A stretch of 39,997 bases of DNA, from assembly GCA_001822835.1 (NCBI GenBank), contig MHSS01000001.1, forward strand, positions 37,297 through 77,293, written 5' to 3'. The first letter of the stretch is position 1, and the number at the start of each line of letters is the position of its first letter. The notes below the pieces were generated by a model. It was not told where the DNA came from, did no database searches, and saw nothing but the letters and a program-made list of their open reading frames with translations. Below, piece by piece: positions 26,745 through 35,393 of this stretch. Made by a program: the position numbers and the translations under genes. Source of the DNA: Candidatus Terrybacteria bacterium RIFCSPHIGHO2_01_FULL_48_17 (lineage in GTDB: Bacteria; Patescibacteriota; Minisyncoccia; Terrybacterales; 2-01-FULL-58-14).

Positions 26745-27287
26745 TCATTGCTTAATGAACTTTGAAAATTTTTTCTGAAGGTATGCGATTTTGGGGGCAA
26801 TGACCGCTTGGCAATAAGCTTTCTGGGGATTCTGTTCAAAATACCGATGATGATATGCTTCGGCTTCAAAAAATTGCTTAAGTGCCTTCACTTCCGTAAT
26901 AATTGGTTGCGCAAAGATTTTCTTACGCCCAAGCTCTAAAAGAAACTCCTCGGCTCTACGCTTTTGCTCATCATTTTCGTATAAAATGATCGAACGATAT
27001 TGCTCACCACTATCGTTCCCCTGCCGATTTTTAGTAGTAGGATCATGCACAGCAAAAAAGACCGAAAGGAGATCTCCGTAGGAGATTATCGAAGGATCGT
27101 ATTCAATCTTTACGACTTCGGCGTGTCCAGTGGTGCCCCCACATACCTCTTGATAGGTTGGATTCGGAACGTGACCGCCAGCATACCCCGGCACTACCGA
27201 TACCACGCCTTTTAACTGCAAAAAGGCGGCTTCAGTACACCAAAAACATCCGCCGCCCAAAACCGCAGTTTCAATTTTCTTTTCCAT
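26745..27287 (-). CDS. msrA: Peptide-methionine (S)-S-oxide reductase
   Basis: [28 protein letters not shown]; start ATG 27287. Confidence 0.95.
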   Translation of the reverse strand: MEKKIETAVLGGGCFWCTEAAFLQLKGVVSVVPGYAGGHVPNPTYQEVCGGTTGHAEVVKIEYDPSIISYGDLLSVFFAVHDPTTKNRQGNDSGEQYRSIILYENDEQKRRAEEFLLELGRKKIFAQPIITEVKALKQFFEAEAYHHRYFEQNPQKAYCQAVIAPKIAYLQKKFSKFIKQ

Positions 27288-27654
27288 ATCCTTGTTTCGG
27301 TACGAATCGAAGCGAGATGGAATTGACGCAATGGCGGATGTTTTTGGGAGTAAAGCTCTCTCCCTTAAAAACATGCCCAAGGTGCGCCCCGCACGCAACG
27401 CATGTAATTTCTGTGCGGATGCCATCCGGATCGGGTGCGCGTCTCACAGCACCTTTAACCTCATCGTCAAAACTTGGCCAGCCGCATTTTGCGTCAAACT
27501 TATCTTTCGAACGATAAAGCACTGCACCGCAGCGTTTACACACATATGTTCCCTCTTCCCAAAAATCTTCGTATTTTCCGGAAAAGGGTTTTTCCGTCCC
27601 CTTCTGGACAATCACTCTTTTTTCTTCTGGAGTAAGTTTCGTGAAGTGAGCCAC
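27271..27654 (-). CDS. msrB: Peptide-methionine (R)-S-oxide reductase
   Basis: GTEKPF, CKRC, CGWPSF, HLGHVF, RHCVNS. Confidence 0.95.
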   Translation of the reverse strand: MAHFTKLTPEEKRVIVQKGTEKPFSGKYEDFWEEGTYVCKRCGAVLYRSKDKFDAKCGWPSFDDEVKGAVRRAPDPDGIRTEITCVACGAHLGHVFKGESFTPKNIRHCVNSISLRFVPKQGYGKEN

Positions 27655-27672
27655 GTGTTTTCGTTTTGCCGT

Positions 27673-28614
27673 TTAAAAGGTAATCGGCATATACAATGCA
27701 TCCTGATGTTCCGGAAGTCCTGAAGGATTGTCCTTCTCAAAAATAATTCTTCCCTGAAGTGTTAAGGGCTTTGAAAATTCAATTTCTCCGCGAAATGGTA
27801 CAAACTCCTCCGTCATCCATTCGTCTTGTGCCTGCGCAAAACTAACTCCAAGTTCGTTGCCGCTATCATCGAGAATACGTATTGGAAAACTTGCCTCAAA
27901 AAACCAAATACCGCGTGCTTCGCCCTCAACCACGAGAGGGCTTGAAATTATTTGGTTCGGCCGCGGGCTTGAAACACGAATGAGGTCCTGTTTCTCAAGT
28001 TCATTGCCGATATCCTGCACAAAACCTTCGCCGTCCGGAGTTTTGCATTGCGCCGGATAGCTTTCCAGCACCGGATAACCAGCTTTCACGCACTCGTCAA
28101 AATTAGTAATCTGTCCCGTGTTCCCGCTATCCCCCAAGCTGCTTGCGTTGAGCTTCCATAAAGAAAAGTTTAAGACAGCGGCAAACGATACCCAAATAAG
28201 ATAAGGTATTAAAAGCACTGCGGCCCATTTATATATCTTTCGAAATTGTGCGATCAGTATTGCAATCAACGCCCACAATATAATAATCTCGATAAATGCG
28301 AGAAGCAGATTTTGAAAGCCGAAAAAAATAATTGTCCAAGCAGCATTAAATATCAAATGTATCAAAAAAAACAAAGCAGCCCTCCTTACCTCCAAACGCC
28401 CAAGACCTTTTTGCCATATTAAAAAGAAAGAGATACCCATAAGGGTGTAAAGCGTCACCCACACCGGACCAAACAGCCAATTTGGCGGGCTGAATGAAGG
28501 TTTATCAAGCATTGCATACCACGTAGGTATGGCTGATACCGTAAACGCCGACCCTACCACGCCGGCCAATTGCGACACCGCAATTGCCAATAAAAGCTTT
28601 AGAAGTTTTTCCAT
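27673..28614 (-). CDS. TspO/MBR protein fused to a Gmad2-like Ig domain
   Basis: WYAMLDKPSFSPPNWLFGPVW, LLIPYLIWVSFA; C-terminal SPLVVEGEARGIWFFEASFP..KDNPSG. Confidence 0.82.
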   Translation of the reverse strand: MEKLLKLLLAIAVSQLAGVVGSAFTVSAIPTWYAMLDKPSFSPPNWLFGPVWVTLYTLMGISFFLIWQKGLGRLEVRRAALFFLIHLIFNAAWTIIFFGFQNLLLAFIEIIILWALIAILIAQFRKIYKWAAVLLIPYLIWVSFAAVLNFSLWKLNASSLGDSGNTGQITNFDECVKAGYPVLESYPAQCKTPDGEGFVQDIGNELEKQDLIRVSSPRPNQIISSPLVVEGEARGIWFFEASFPIRILDDSGNELGVSFAQAQDEWMTEEFVPFRGEIEFSKPLTLQGRIIFEKDNPSGLPEHQDALYMPITF

Positions 28615-28646
28615 AAAATAAGTATACCATACTCTTTGCTCTCAAA

Positions 28647-28676
28647 AACGAAAATCCCCGAGAGGGGATTTTCGTT
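28647..28676 (-). terminator. Rho-independent terminator
   Basis: AACGAAAATCCCC/GGGGATTTTCGTT. Confidence 0.8.
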
Positions 28677-28699
28677 GCGTCCGAAAATAGAACGCATCG

Positions 28700-28960
28700 T
28701 CAGTCGCGCGGCGCCATAGGACGCGCCTCATTTACGGTAATAGTCCTGCCATCAAGCTCTTTCCCATTGAACATTTCAATGGCTTTTTGAGCTTCCTCGT
28801 CAGAGGACATCTCAACGAACCCAAACCCCTTAGAGCGTCCGGACATTCGGTCAGTAATAATTACTGCCGATTCCACGGTACCCGCCTTTAAAAAGGCCTC
28901 TTTAAGGGTTGGTTCGACGGTGCTGTAGGATAAACCGCCGACAAATAATTTCTTTGCCAT
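28700..28960 (-). CDS. RRM (RNP-1) RNA-binding protein
   Basis: RNP2 LFVGGL, RNP1 KGFGFVEM, ITVNEARP; start ATG 28960. Confidence 0.93.
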   Translation of the reverse strand: MAKKLFVGGLSYSTVEPTLKEAFLKAGTVESAVIITDRMSGRSKGFGFVEMSSDEEAQKAIEMFNGKELDGRTITVNEARPMAPRD

Positions 28961-29071
28961 GGGTTTAAAATAAAGAATAAACAACTAGCAAGCCGACCTA
29001 TCTTATGATCTTCCGCGCTTACCGAAGTCGGCCCGCTAGAAGAACACAAAGAAACTTACTCGTACTATTGC

Positions 29072-29100
29072 AATATACCCCAGGAGAGGATAAAACGCAA
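29072..29100 (-). promoter_or_regulatory. Sigma70 promoter of the RRM gene
   Basis: TTGCGT-17-TATATT. Confidence 0.6.
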
Positions 29101-29106
29101 TATCTT

Positions 29107-30981
29107 TTATTGTTCAATTTCTAAAATCGGCGTTGTAGCAACCGCACCGTAACCGCACGGCGGTCCGGGATCGGGAATGGGTGTTCCATCGGTTGCGGTC
29201 GCAATACCTTCGGCTGCATGATAATGATTTCCGCAATTCCCCTCCCCCTCAACAATAAGTTGGCTGACCGGAATATACTTTCCGTGGTATGCGATGACAC
29301 GGATTTTCTCTGAAGGTTGCGGAGGAGGCGAGGTGGTAGATCCTGTATCGGGAGGCGGGGTCGTTGTGCTTGTGTCGTCTTCCTTGGGCTGCATACAAAG
29401 ATTCTTTCCGGGTTCTCCATCCTTACCCGGTGGATTACCCTGTCCCCCAATACCACCTTTCCCTTCAAGGCAGCCATCGCCGCCATTTCCGCCATCGCCG
29501 CCTGGCTCACTAAGCACTTCTCCATCATCTCCCCGACGCGTATCTCCTTGACCTCCCTTTCCTGGCGTCGCTTTGGCATTGCCGCCATCGCCGCCATCAC
29601 CACCGAAATCCGTAGGGTCACAATCCCCTCCCTCACCACCCTTACCTCCTTCAATATCTGCGTCACCGCCTTTGCCACCGACATCTTCCGCATCAATTGT
29701 GCTGCCAGCACCCCCTAGTTTCACGCTCGCTCTACCACCATCGCCACCGGTAGCCGTGCCATGGCCACCGCGGCCCCCGTCGCTGTCGCAACCCTTGCCG
29801 TTGCCACCATTTCCCGGGAGCGCGGTTGCATTGCCTCCTGCGCCACCAGTGACTGATCCAATCTCCACGCTTGCCACACCAGACACCGCTCCCACGGCTT
29901 TCAACTGCTTGATGTTATCCGCACCCCGTCCTCCAAAAGCATCGGCATCTCCGCCAGGCTCTTCAGGACCCTTGCCGTCTGCAGCATATGCTATTGCATC
30001 GCCGCCTTTGCCGCCATTGCCAGGGTTAAGACGAAACACGCCTTCAATCGCAAGAGAATTTCCTGCGAGAATTTTCAGATTCCCGGATTCTCCGCCGACT
30101 CCTCCCTCCGCACGCGCTTTAGGATAACAATCCGGAGAGGTTTCCGCATAACCTCCTTCGCCCCCGTCTCCCAAGGTAAGCGTTATGTTATTGATCCGAA
30201 CATTCCCCCCGGCCCAAAAGAGCAGACGCCCCGCCTTTTTCCCCTGACCCCCGCGAGCGTCACAATTTCCGACATCTTCGGTGCCGGGGTCACCAGGCGG
30301 TACGGTCATTGTCAGATTTTTCAGAACCAAATTTGATGCATTCGGAAACCAAAAGAGGATTAACTGTTGACGAGGTGTTTTCGGTTTCTTCACATCCCAT
30401 TTCCCGCTGACGGTCACGGTATCCCCCCGTTGCGTTATTGTATGGCTTGATGCTTCCGCCGTTCCTACAAAGGCAAGCGGCTTCCCTTTTGATTCTTCCA
30501 AGAAAGGACGTGAAACAATGTCAACCGCTGGAGATAAAAAGGTTTGCCCAATCTTATTCTCGGGCACAAACGGCCCAATGCATACACCATCGCAAGAATC
30601 ATTCCCGGCTTCGTTAAAAAGTTCGTCGAGCCGTTCCTGCGTTGGCGCAAGCTGGTCTGCGCTCTCAACAACTTGAATACTACCTTCGGACGAAACTTCC
30701 GCAGTATCTGCAAAACCGACATTGCCGCCAACCACAAGCACGATGCCTTTCTCGTCGCCTTCAAGCGTCCCAGCAACTTCAAGATTTCCAGTTACTGTAA
30801 GCTTCGCACCATTCTTTAAAACGACCTTGGATCCTTCGGCAATCATATAATCGCCCTCAATAGTCATATCAGACGCAATCACTTTTGCGCCTTGAGATAC
30901 GCCAACGAAAAACAAAATAATGCCTATGCCCACAACAGCGGCTGCAATACCACCCAAGAGCAGTATTTTATTCTTTTTCAT
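29107..30981 (-). CDS. Membrane-anchored glycine-rich repeat protein
   Basis: N-terminal TM; many GGxGGx repeats; Pro/Thr linker; small Cys/His C-terminal domain. Confidence 0.85.
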   Translation of the reverse strand: MKKNKILLLGGIAAAVVGIGIILFFVGVSQGAKVIASDMTIEGDYMIAEGSKVVLKNGAKLTVTGNLEVAGTLEGDEKGIVLVVGGNVGFADTAEVSSEGSIQVVESADQLAPTQERLDELFNEAGNDSCDGVCIGPFVPENKIGQTFLSPAVDIVSRPFLEESKGKPLAFVGTAEASSHTITQRGDTVTVSGKWDVKKPKTPRQQLILFWFPNASNLVLKNLTMTVPPGDPGTEDVGNCDARGGQGKKAGRLLFWAGGNVRINNITLTLGDGGEGGYAETSPDCYPKARAEGGVGGESGNLKILAGNSLAIEGVFRLNPGNGGKGGDAIAYAADGKGPEEPGGDADAFGGRGADNIKQLKAVGAVSGVASVEIGSVTGGAGGNATALPGNGGNGKGCDSDGGRGGHGTATGGDGGRASVKLGGAGSTIDAEDVGGKGGDADIEGGKGGEGGDCDPTDFGGDGGDGGNAKATPGKGGQGDTRRGDDGEVLSEPGGDGGNGGDGCLEGKGGIGGQGNPPGKDGEPGKNLCMQPKEDDTSTTTPPPDTGSTTSPPPQPSEKIRVIAYHGKYIPVSQLIVEGEGNCGNHYHAAEGIATATDGTPIPDPGPPCGYGAVATTPILEIEQ

Positions 30982-31135
30982 ATGATGTATTATGTTAACG
31001 ATTTTTTAATAAAAAATTACGACTTTATCACTATACCGCAACCATACAAGCCCCACAACGATATTGGGGAAAAGTTTTTTCGCGCATAATTCACCCGAAA
31101 AGCTTTACCGTTGTAGCCATACCATTTCGGAGGTC

Positions 31136-31357
31136 TTACATTTCAACCTCAAACACCTTTTGGCGCGAAGCAAATCCCGACATCAAATGCACCCCAGAAG
31201 CCGGAACGGAAAAATATTTCGCAAGTGCTTTAACAATAGCTGCATTCGCTCGTCCCTGCTTGGGCGGCTCTTTTACCAAGACAACAAAATGCGTATCGTC
31301 TGCTTTTTCTATTTTGTCCTGGCTTGCGCCTGGTTTTGCGTGAACGAAGATTCTCAT
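31136..31357 (-). CDS. DUF167/YggU family protein
   Basis: VHAKPGA, VKEPPKQGRAN, SGFASRQK. Confidence 0.85.
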   Translation of the reverse strand: MRIFVHAKPGASQDKIEKADDTHFVVLVKEPPKQGRANAAIVKALAKYFSVPASGVHLMSGFASRQKVFEVEM

Positions 31358-31452
31358 AATATAATTTACTGATATATGTTTGTTTTATTTCGCATAGGTT
31401 TATTATAACAAACTCTTTTCTGCTTAAACTCGATACGCAGACAAAAGCCGCG

Positions 31453-32070
31453 CTAAGAGCGCGGCTGCAAAAATTGAACAGATTCGATTTTGTCAACAAG
31501 AATATACACTATTTCTTCCAGGCCAACGCCTGGCCTTGTGATTGGCTTATCGGGATCGGGTAGCATAATTCGCTGCGTACGAACTTCCAGAACTCTTCCT
31601 TCGATCATAACCTCATTGCCTTGTGCCAATGCAAGAAGTTCTTCTTGCTGCTCGCACGGGATGTTGCCCGTAAAACGAAACGTGTATTCAGCCGGCAATG
31701 AGAGTGTCTCCTTTGCACGAACTATACTCATAGAAGACGAAGCCTCTGCTGTCGCCTCGAATTTACACGTCGAACTAATTACCAACGTATCCTTTTGTAA
31801 ATCTTTCACGGTATATCGAGAAATAGAGATGTCAGCAAGCGTTACAGGAATAACCACAGCAATACCGCGCCGCGGCCACATACGAAATTCCCCTTTTATG
31901 ATGTCATCACGGTCATGCTGGAGTGTCCGGAATTGTACCAACGAATCGGCCATCTCTTGAAGTGTTGTTTGTTGATAGGGACTCCCCTTACCAGGACTCC
32001 ACAACAATACACCCACCACTACAACACCGCATAAAATCACGGCCGCGTAAAAGAGAAGCACGAACCTCAT
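31453..32070 (-). CDS. Hypothetical membrane-anchored protein
   Basis: N-terminal TM, SD AGGAGG, own promoter. Confidence 0.7.
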   Translation of the reverse strand: MRFVLLFYAAVILCGVVVVGVLLWSPGKGSPYQQTTLQEMADSLVQFRTLQHDRDDIIKGEFRMWPRRGIAVVIPVTLADISISRYTVKDLQKDTLVISSTCKFEATAEASSSMSIVRAKETLSLPAEYTFRFTGNIPCEQQEELLALAQGNEVMIEGRVLEVRTQRIMLPDPDKPITRPGVGLEEIVYILVDKIESVQFLQPRS

Positions 32071-32088
32071 AGGATTACCTCCTGTCGC

Positions 32089-32135
32089 TTTTCAAGGTGC
32101 AAAGTCACGTATAGCATAAACTGCTATTCTGTCAA
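32089..32135 (-). promoter_or_regulatory. Sigma70-like promoter plus boxA-like motif
   Basis: TTGACA-16-TATACG (TG-extended), then GCACCTTGAAAA. Confidence 0.55.
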
Positions 32136-32173
32136 TGACCTTGAGAAGAATAAACCGCTCCATCAAGGAGCGG

Positions 32174-33058
32174 CTAGTGATTTACGTAGGAACCTGCGAA
32201 TCGGGCGTAGCTAAACATTTCAGAAATACGGTTTGTCGTCATTTTGTCCGCCCCCCACGCAAAAACCCGCAGTGCTTTTTCTGGATCATCAACCGTCCAT
32301 ACCGCAACAAAAATTCCACGTGCTTGGATTTGACGAACGATACGTTGGGCTGATGAATCACCCATCTGGGCAAGATTATGGAAATCGATATATATGCCGG
32401 CAATCTTGCACGCCTTAAGATAACGCAACACATCAAGCAAATAAGTGCCTGAAAGCGATGCTCCCCCAGGATCAAAGCCAAGCATGAGCTTCGGGAATTG
32501 CCTAGATAATGTGCAAAGCATTTCTCTTTGGCCGGAGCTTATAGTAACACGTTGTTGGATTTGTGGATGGCTTGAGATAAAATCTGCCAATACCGCAAAG
32601 CCCTGCTCGTCCTTAAGTTTTGCGTCTATCTGCAAACGGGCGCGGGGGTATTCCCTCAAAAGCATAAAAACATCTTCAAGAGATGCGATAGGTTCTCGGG
32701 TTACATTTCCGTGGTCGTCTTTGCGTGCAAAACCGGCTAGTTCTGAAAAGGCACGTTCCTCAACGCGACCAACCCCATTTGTTTCATTTCGTAGATCAGA
32801 ATCGTGTAAAAGAACGAAGCGGCTATCGAGGGTTACGCGCACATCAATCTCCGCCTCTCCGCCAGGATTCCTGTTAAACACTTCCCGAAGTGCTGAAATG
32901 CTATTTGGCGGAGTATCGCTATCAAAAATTGCGCGATGCGCCACCAATTCGGGGATCTTTTGGATGTCATCAAGTGACCGTCTCGGTGGATTGCTGAAGA
33001 ACAAAATGCCCAGACAAATTACACCAAGTAAAACGATCAATGGTCTTATTTTTCGCAC
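32174..33058 (-). CDS. Glycerophosphodiester phosphodiesterase family protein
   Basis: LVAHR, EIDVRVT, LLHD, IDAK, VAVWTVDD, MTTN motifs; signal/TM segment. Confidence 0.88.
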   Translation of the reverse strand: MRKIRPLIVLLGVICLGILFFSNPPRRSLDDIQKIPELVAHRAIFDSDTPPNSISALREVFNRNPGGEAEIDVRVTLDSRFVLLHDSDLRNETNGVGRVEERAFSELAGFARKDDHGNVTREPIASLEDVFMLLREYPRARLQIDAKLKDEQGFAVLADFISSHPQIQQRVTISSGQREMLCTLSRQFPKLMLGFDPGGASLSGTYLLDVLRYLKACKIAGIYIDFHNLAQMGDSSAQRIVRQIQARGIFVAVWTVDDPEKALRVFAWGADKMTTNRISEMFSYARFAGSYVNH

Positions 33059-33070
33059 TCAATTCTCCTC

Positions 33071-33116
33071 TCAAGGTACTGTAATATATTATACATCTTT
33101 TTAAAAAATTTTACAA
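33071..33116 (-). promoter_or_regulatory. Sigma70 promoter plus boxA-like motif
   Basis: TTGTAA-17-TATAAT (TG-extended), then GTACCTTGA and SD GAGGAG. Confidence 0.7.
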
Positions 33117-33179
33117 GTATCTGTTGTGGGCATGGTTTATCGTAAACGAAATCCGCGCCGGAAAGGCGCGGGTATGTTA

Positions 33180-34565
33180 TTACAAAAGCTCTGCACCAAG
33201 CTCAGCAAGGCGTGAGCGCTCGGTCTTTTTCATGGTGATATGCCCAAAGGCATCTTTGCCTTTCATGCGCTCGATAACGTGCACAAGACCGTTTGCGGTT
33301 GGATCTAAAAATGCATCGGCAATTTGTTCAGGATCGCCTGTAAGCACAATCTTTGATCCCTCACCCATGCGCGTGATCACGATTTTCAACTCTGCCGGCG
33401 TAAGGTTTTGCGCTTCATCTACAATCACGAACGCCGAATGAAGCGTGCGGCCTTGGATAAAGTTAATGGGGCTTATTTCAAGAAGACCGTGCTCGATGAA
33501 ACCCTCAATATCAACATAGAGCCCCGCCTTTTTCCCTTTTTGCCTAGAAAGCCCTTTCACGTTGGGTGTCTCAGGCGGTCCGTGCATGACCAAAATAAGA
33601 TTGTCAAAAATTGGCTTCATCCACGGCTCAAACTTCTCTTCGAGCGTTCCGGGAAGATATCCCAGAGGCCTTCCCAATTCTATATTAGGACGGTACACCA
33701 CCAGCTGCCGATAGCGATCTTCCAATTGGTTGTATCCGGCGAGCAATCCCATAAGGGTTTTTCCGGTGCCTGCCCTTCCTGCAAGGGTAACAAGAGTAAT
33801 ATTAGGATCCGTAAGCAAGGCGTAGGCAAAACATTGTTCGTCGTTGATCGGAATGATTTTATTTTCTTGCTGCTGCGGTTTCGATACCAAAAGGAATTGC
33901 TGTTTTTGCTCGCAATAACGAGCCAATATACTTTTGCCCCCGGGCAACACAAGACAACAACACTGGTTGGCAAGAAGCTCGGGAGGTTCGGAAAGCATTG
34001 CAAAGATATGGGCTTGAGCAACGGCTCCTCCTTGGCAAAGCTCGGCCAACACCCGCTGATCCGGTTGAGCCACCGTAAGAGTGGCAACACCCCCATAAAG
34101 GTCTTCGGTAGAATTGAGTACCTTATCATGACGATAATCCTGCGCAGTAAGCTTAAGCGAGTTTGCCTTAAGGCGCATATTAAAATCCTTGCTTACTAAA
34201 ATGACCTCGGCATCCGGGTGTTCGGCTTTAAATTTAATCGCAGTAAGAATAATACGGTGATCGTTGGTCTGACCAAACCCCTGCGGCAACCCGGCATAAT
34301 CATCTCCTGCATAATCGACAATGAGCATGCCGCCGCTTTTGGTAGATACGCCTTCTTGCAGATTTCCTAGGTCGCTGTATGCATCCAAAAAACGGGAGGC
34401 GCGACGCGCCATTTCGCCTTTATGGGGAATAGTTTTAAGCTTATCCAATTCTTCAATCACCCAAATAGGTACGACGACAATGTTGTCTTCAAACCGCTCA
34501 ATAGCCGCGGGATCGTGCATCAAAACGCTCGTATCAATCACATAGGCCTTTTTCGGTGAACTCAT
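33180..34565 (-). CDS. PIN-domain + PhoH-family ATPase (PhoH2/YlaK-like)
   Basis: PIN: YVIDTSVLMHD, EELD, NDHRI, VSKD; PhoH: GRAGTGKT, GYLPG, QGRT, DEAQN, TGDPEQ. Confidence 0.92.
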   Translation of the reverse strand: MSSPKKAYVIDTSVLMHDPAAIERFEDNIVVVPIWVIEELDKLKTIPHKGEMARRASRFLDAYSDLGNLQEGVSTKSGGMLIVDYAGDDYAGLPQGFGQTNDHRIILTAIKFKAEHPDAEVILVSKDFNMRLKANSLKLTAQDYRHDKVLNSTEDLYGGVATLTVAQPDQRVLAELCQGGAVAQAHIFAMLSEPPELLANQCCCLVLPGGKSILARYCEQKQQFLLVSKPQQQENKIIPINDEQCFAYALLTDPNITLVTLAGRAGTGKTLMGLLAGYNQLEDRYRQLVVYRPNIELGRPLGYLPGTLEEKFEPWMKPIFDNLILVMHGPPETPNVKGLSRQKGKKAGLYVDIEGFIEHGLLEISPINFIQGRTLHSAFVIVDEAQNLTPAELKIVITRMGEGSKIVLTGDPEQIADAFLDPTANGLVHVIERMKGKDAFGHITMKKTERSRLAELGAELL

Positions 34566-34634
34566 CTAACTCCTTTTCGATTGGAAACGTACCTCTAAAC
34601 GTACGGTAGCGCGCAGTGGAGTTTTTGTAAAGGA

Positions 34635-34663
34635 ATGCCGCCCCGCAGAACGCGGGGCGGCAT
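34635..34663 (-). terminator. Strong hairpin / terminator
   Basis: ATGCCGCCCCGC/GCGGGGCGGCAT 12-bp stem. Confidence 0.65.
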
Positions 34664-34674
34664 GAAACATGACT

Positions 34675-34836
34675 TTATGCCCCCACTTCTTTTTTCAGCT
34701 GCTCATAGGTGTTCTTTTTAGCTTCATCAATGGACTGATTTGCTGCTTTAGCTGCCTCTGAAAAGGTTTCGCTAGTAATATTTTTGGCATTGCCCATATC
34801 GTTGTCGAGCATGCCGCATCCGCAGTTGTAGCACAT
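34675..34836 (-). CDS. Small Cys-rich hypothetical protein, 53 aa, not in the ORF track
   Basis: Manual translation MCYNCGCGMLDNDMGNAKNITSETFSEAAKAANQSIDEAKKNTYEQLKKEVGA; fills the gap between two hairpins. Confidence 0.7.
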   Translation of the reverse strand: MCYNCGCGMLDNDMGNAKNITSETFSEAAKAANQSIDEAKKNTYEQLKKEVGA

Positions 34837-34954
34837 ATATTGTAGTGATTAATGAACAGGGAATTAGGGAATAGTGAAGCGACCTTTATATAGCATATCA
34901 TAAACTGCCATATTAAAACAAAAACCGCCACATGGGCGGCCTTTTTGCTATGCC

Positions 34955-35287
34955 TTACGATAAAAGGTCGTTCAGAAATGTCTTTTCAATGGCGTCTTTC
35001 TGACGAAAACCAACAAATCTTCCCACCAGTTTCCCGCCCTTAAACCCAATAACCGTGGGAATGGAACGAACGCCAAAACGTACGGCAAGATCAACGTTGT
35101 CGTCCGTATTCACCTTCACAAATTTCACTTGGTCTTTAAATTCTCGGGCAAGTTCTTCCAAGACCGGCGAAAGCATGCGACACGGGCCGCACCACGGCGC
35201 CCAAAAATCGACAACCACGGGTTTGTCGGTTTGTAAGACCTCTTCGTCAAATGTCGCCTCAGTTACTTCCCCGACCATTCCGACCAT
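34955..35287 (-). CDS. trxA: Thioredoxin
   Basis: DFWAPWCGPC, VRSIPT; SD AAGGAG. Confidence 0.95.
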   Translation of the reverse strand: MVGMVGEVTEATFDEEVLQTDKPVVVDFWAPWCGPCRMLSPVLEELAREFKDQVKFVKVNTDDNVDLAVRFGVRSIPTVIGFKGGKLVGRFVGFRQKDAIEKTFLNDLLS

Positions 35288-35299
35288 TGCTCTCTCCTT

Positions 35300-35351
35300 T
35301 TTTCAAAAAACTCCTTCTACAACTATATCGTTCTCCGTATTATCCTGTCAA
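35300..35351 (-). promoter_or_regulatory. Sigma70 promoter plus boxA-like motif
   Basis: TTGACA-18-TATAGT then GTTTTTTGAAAA. Confidence 0.6.
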
Positions 35352-35393
35352 TGCTTCCGTGCAGATGAATACGTGCGCGTCTGTTCGCGCTAT

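Noticed and set aside
29073-29092. Second CsoR-like operator (ATACCCCAGGAGAGGAT)
   Set aside because: Poor symmetry; explained as the -10 box and spacer of the RRM gene promoter
29573-30127. Pro-rich plus-strand ORF and GCC-rich repeats as a possible array
   Set aside because: Reverse complement of Gly codons; no constant repeat-spacer period, not CRISPR
33408-34199. 263-aa plus-strand ORF
   Set aside because: Antisense shadow of the PIN-PhoH gene
34695-34931. 78-aa ORF from the track
   Set aside because: Overlaps a hairpin; the alternative frame 34675..34836 gives a more protein-like product
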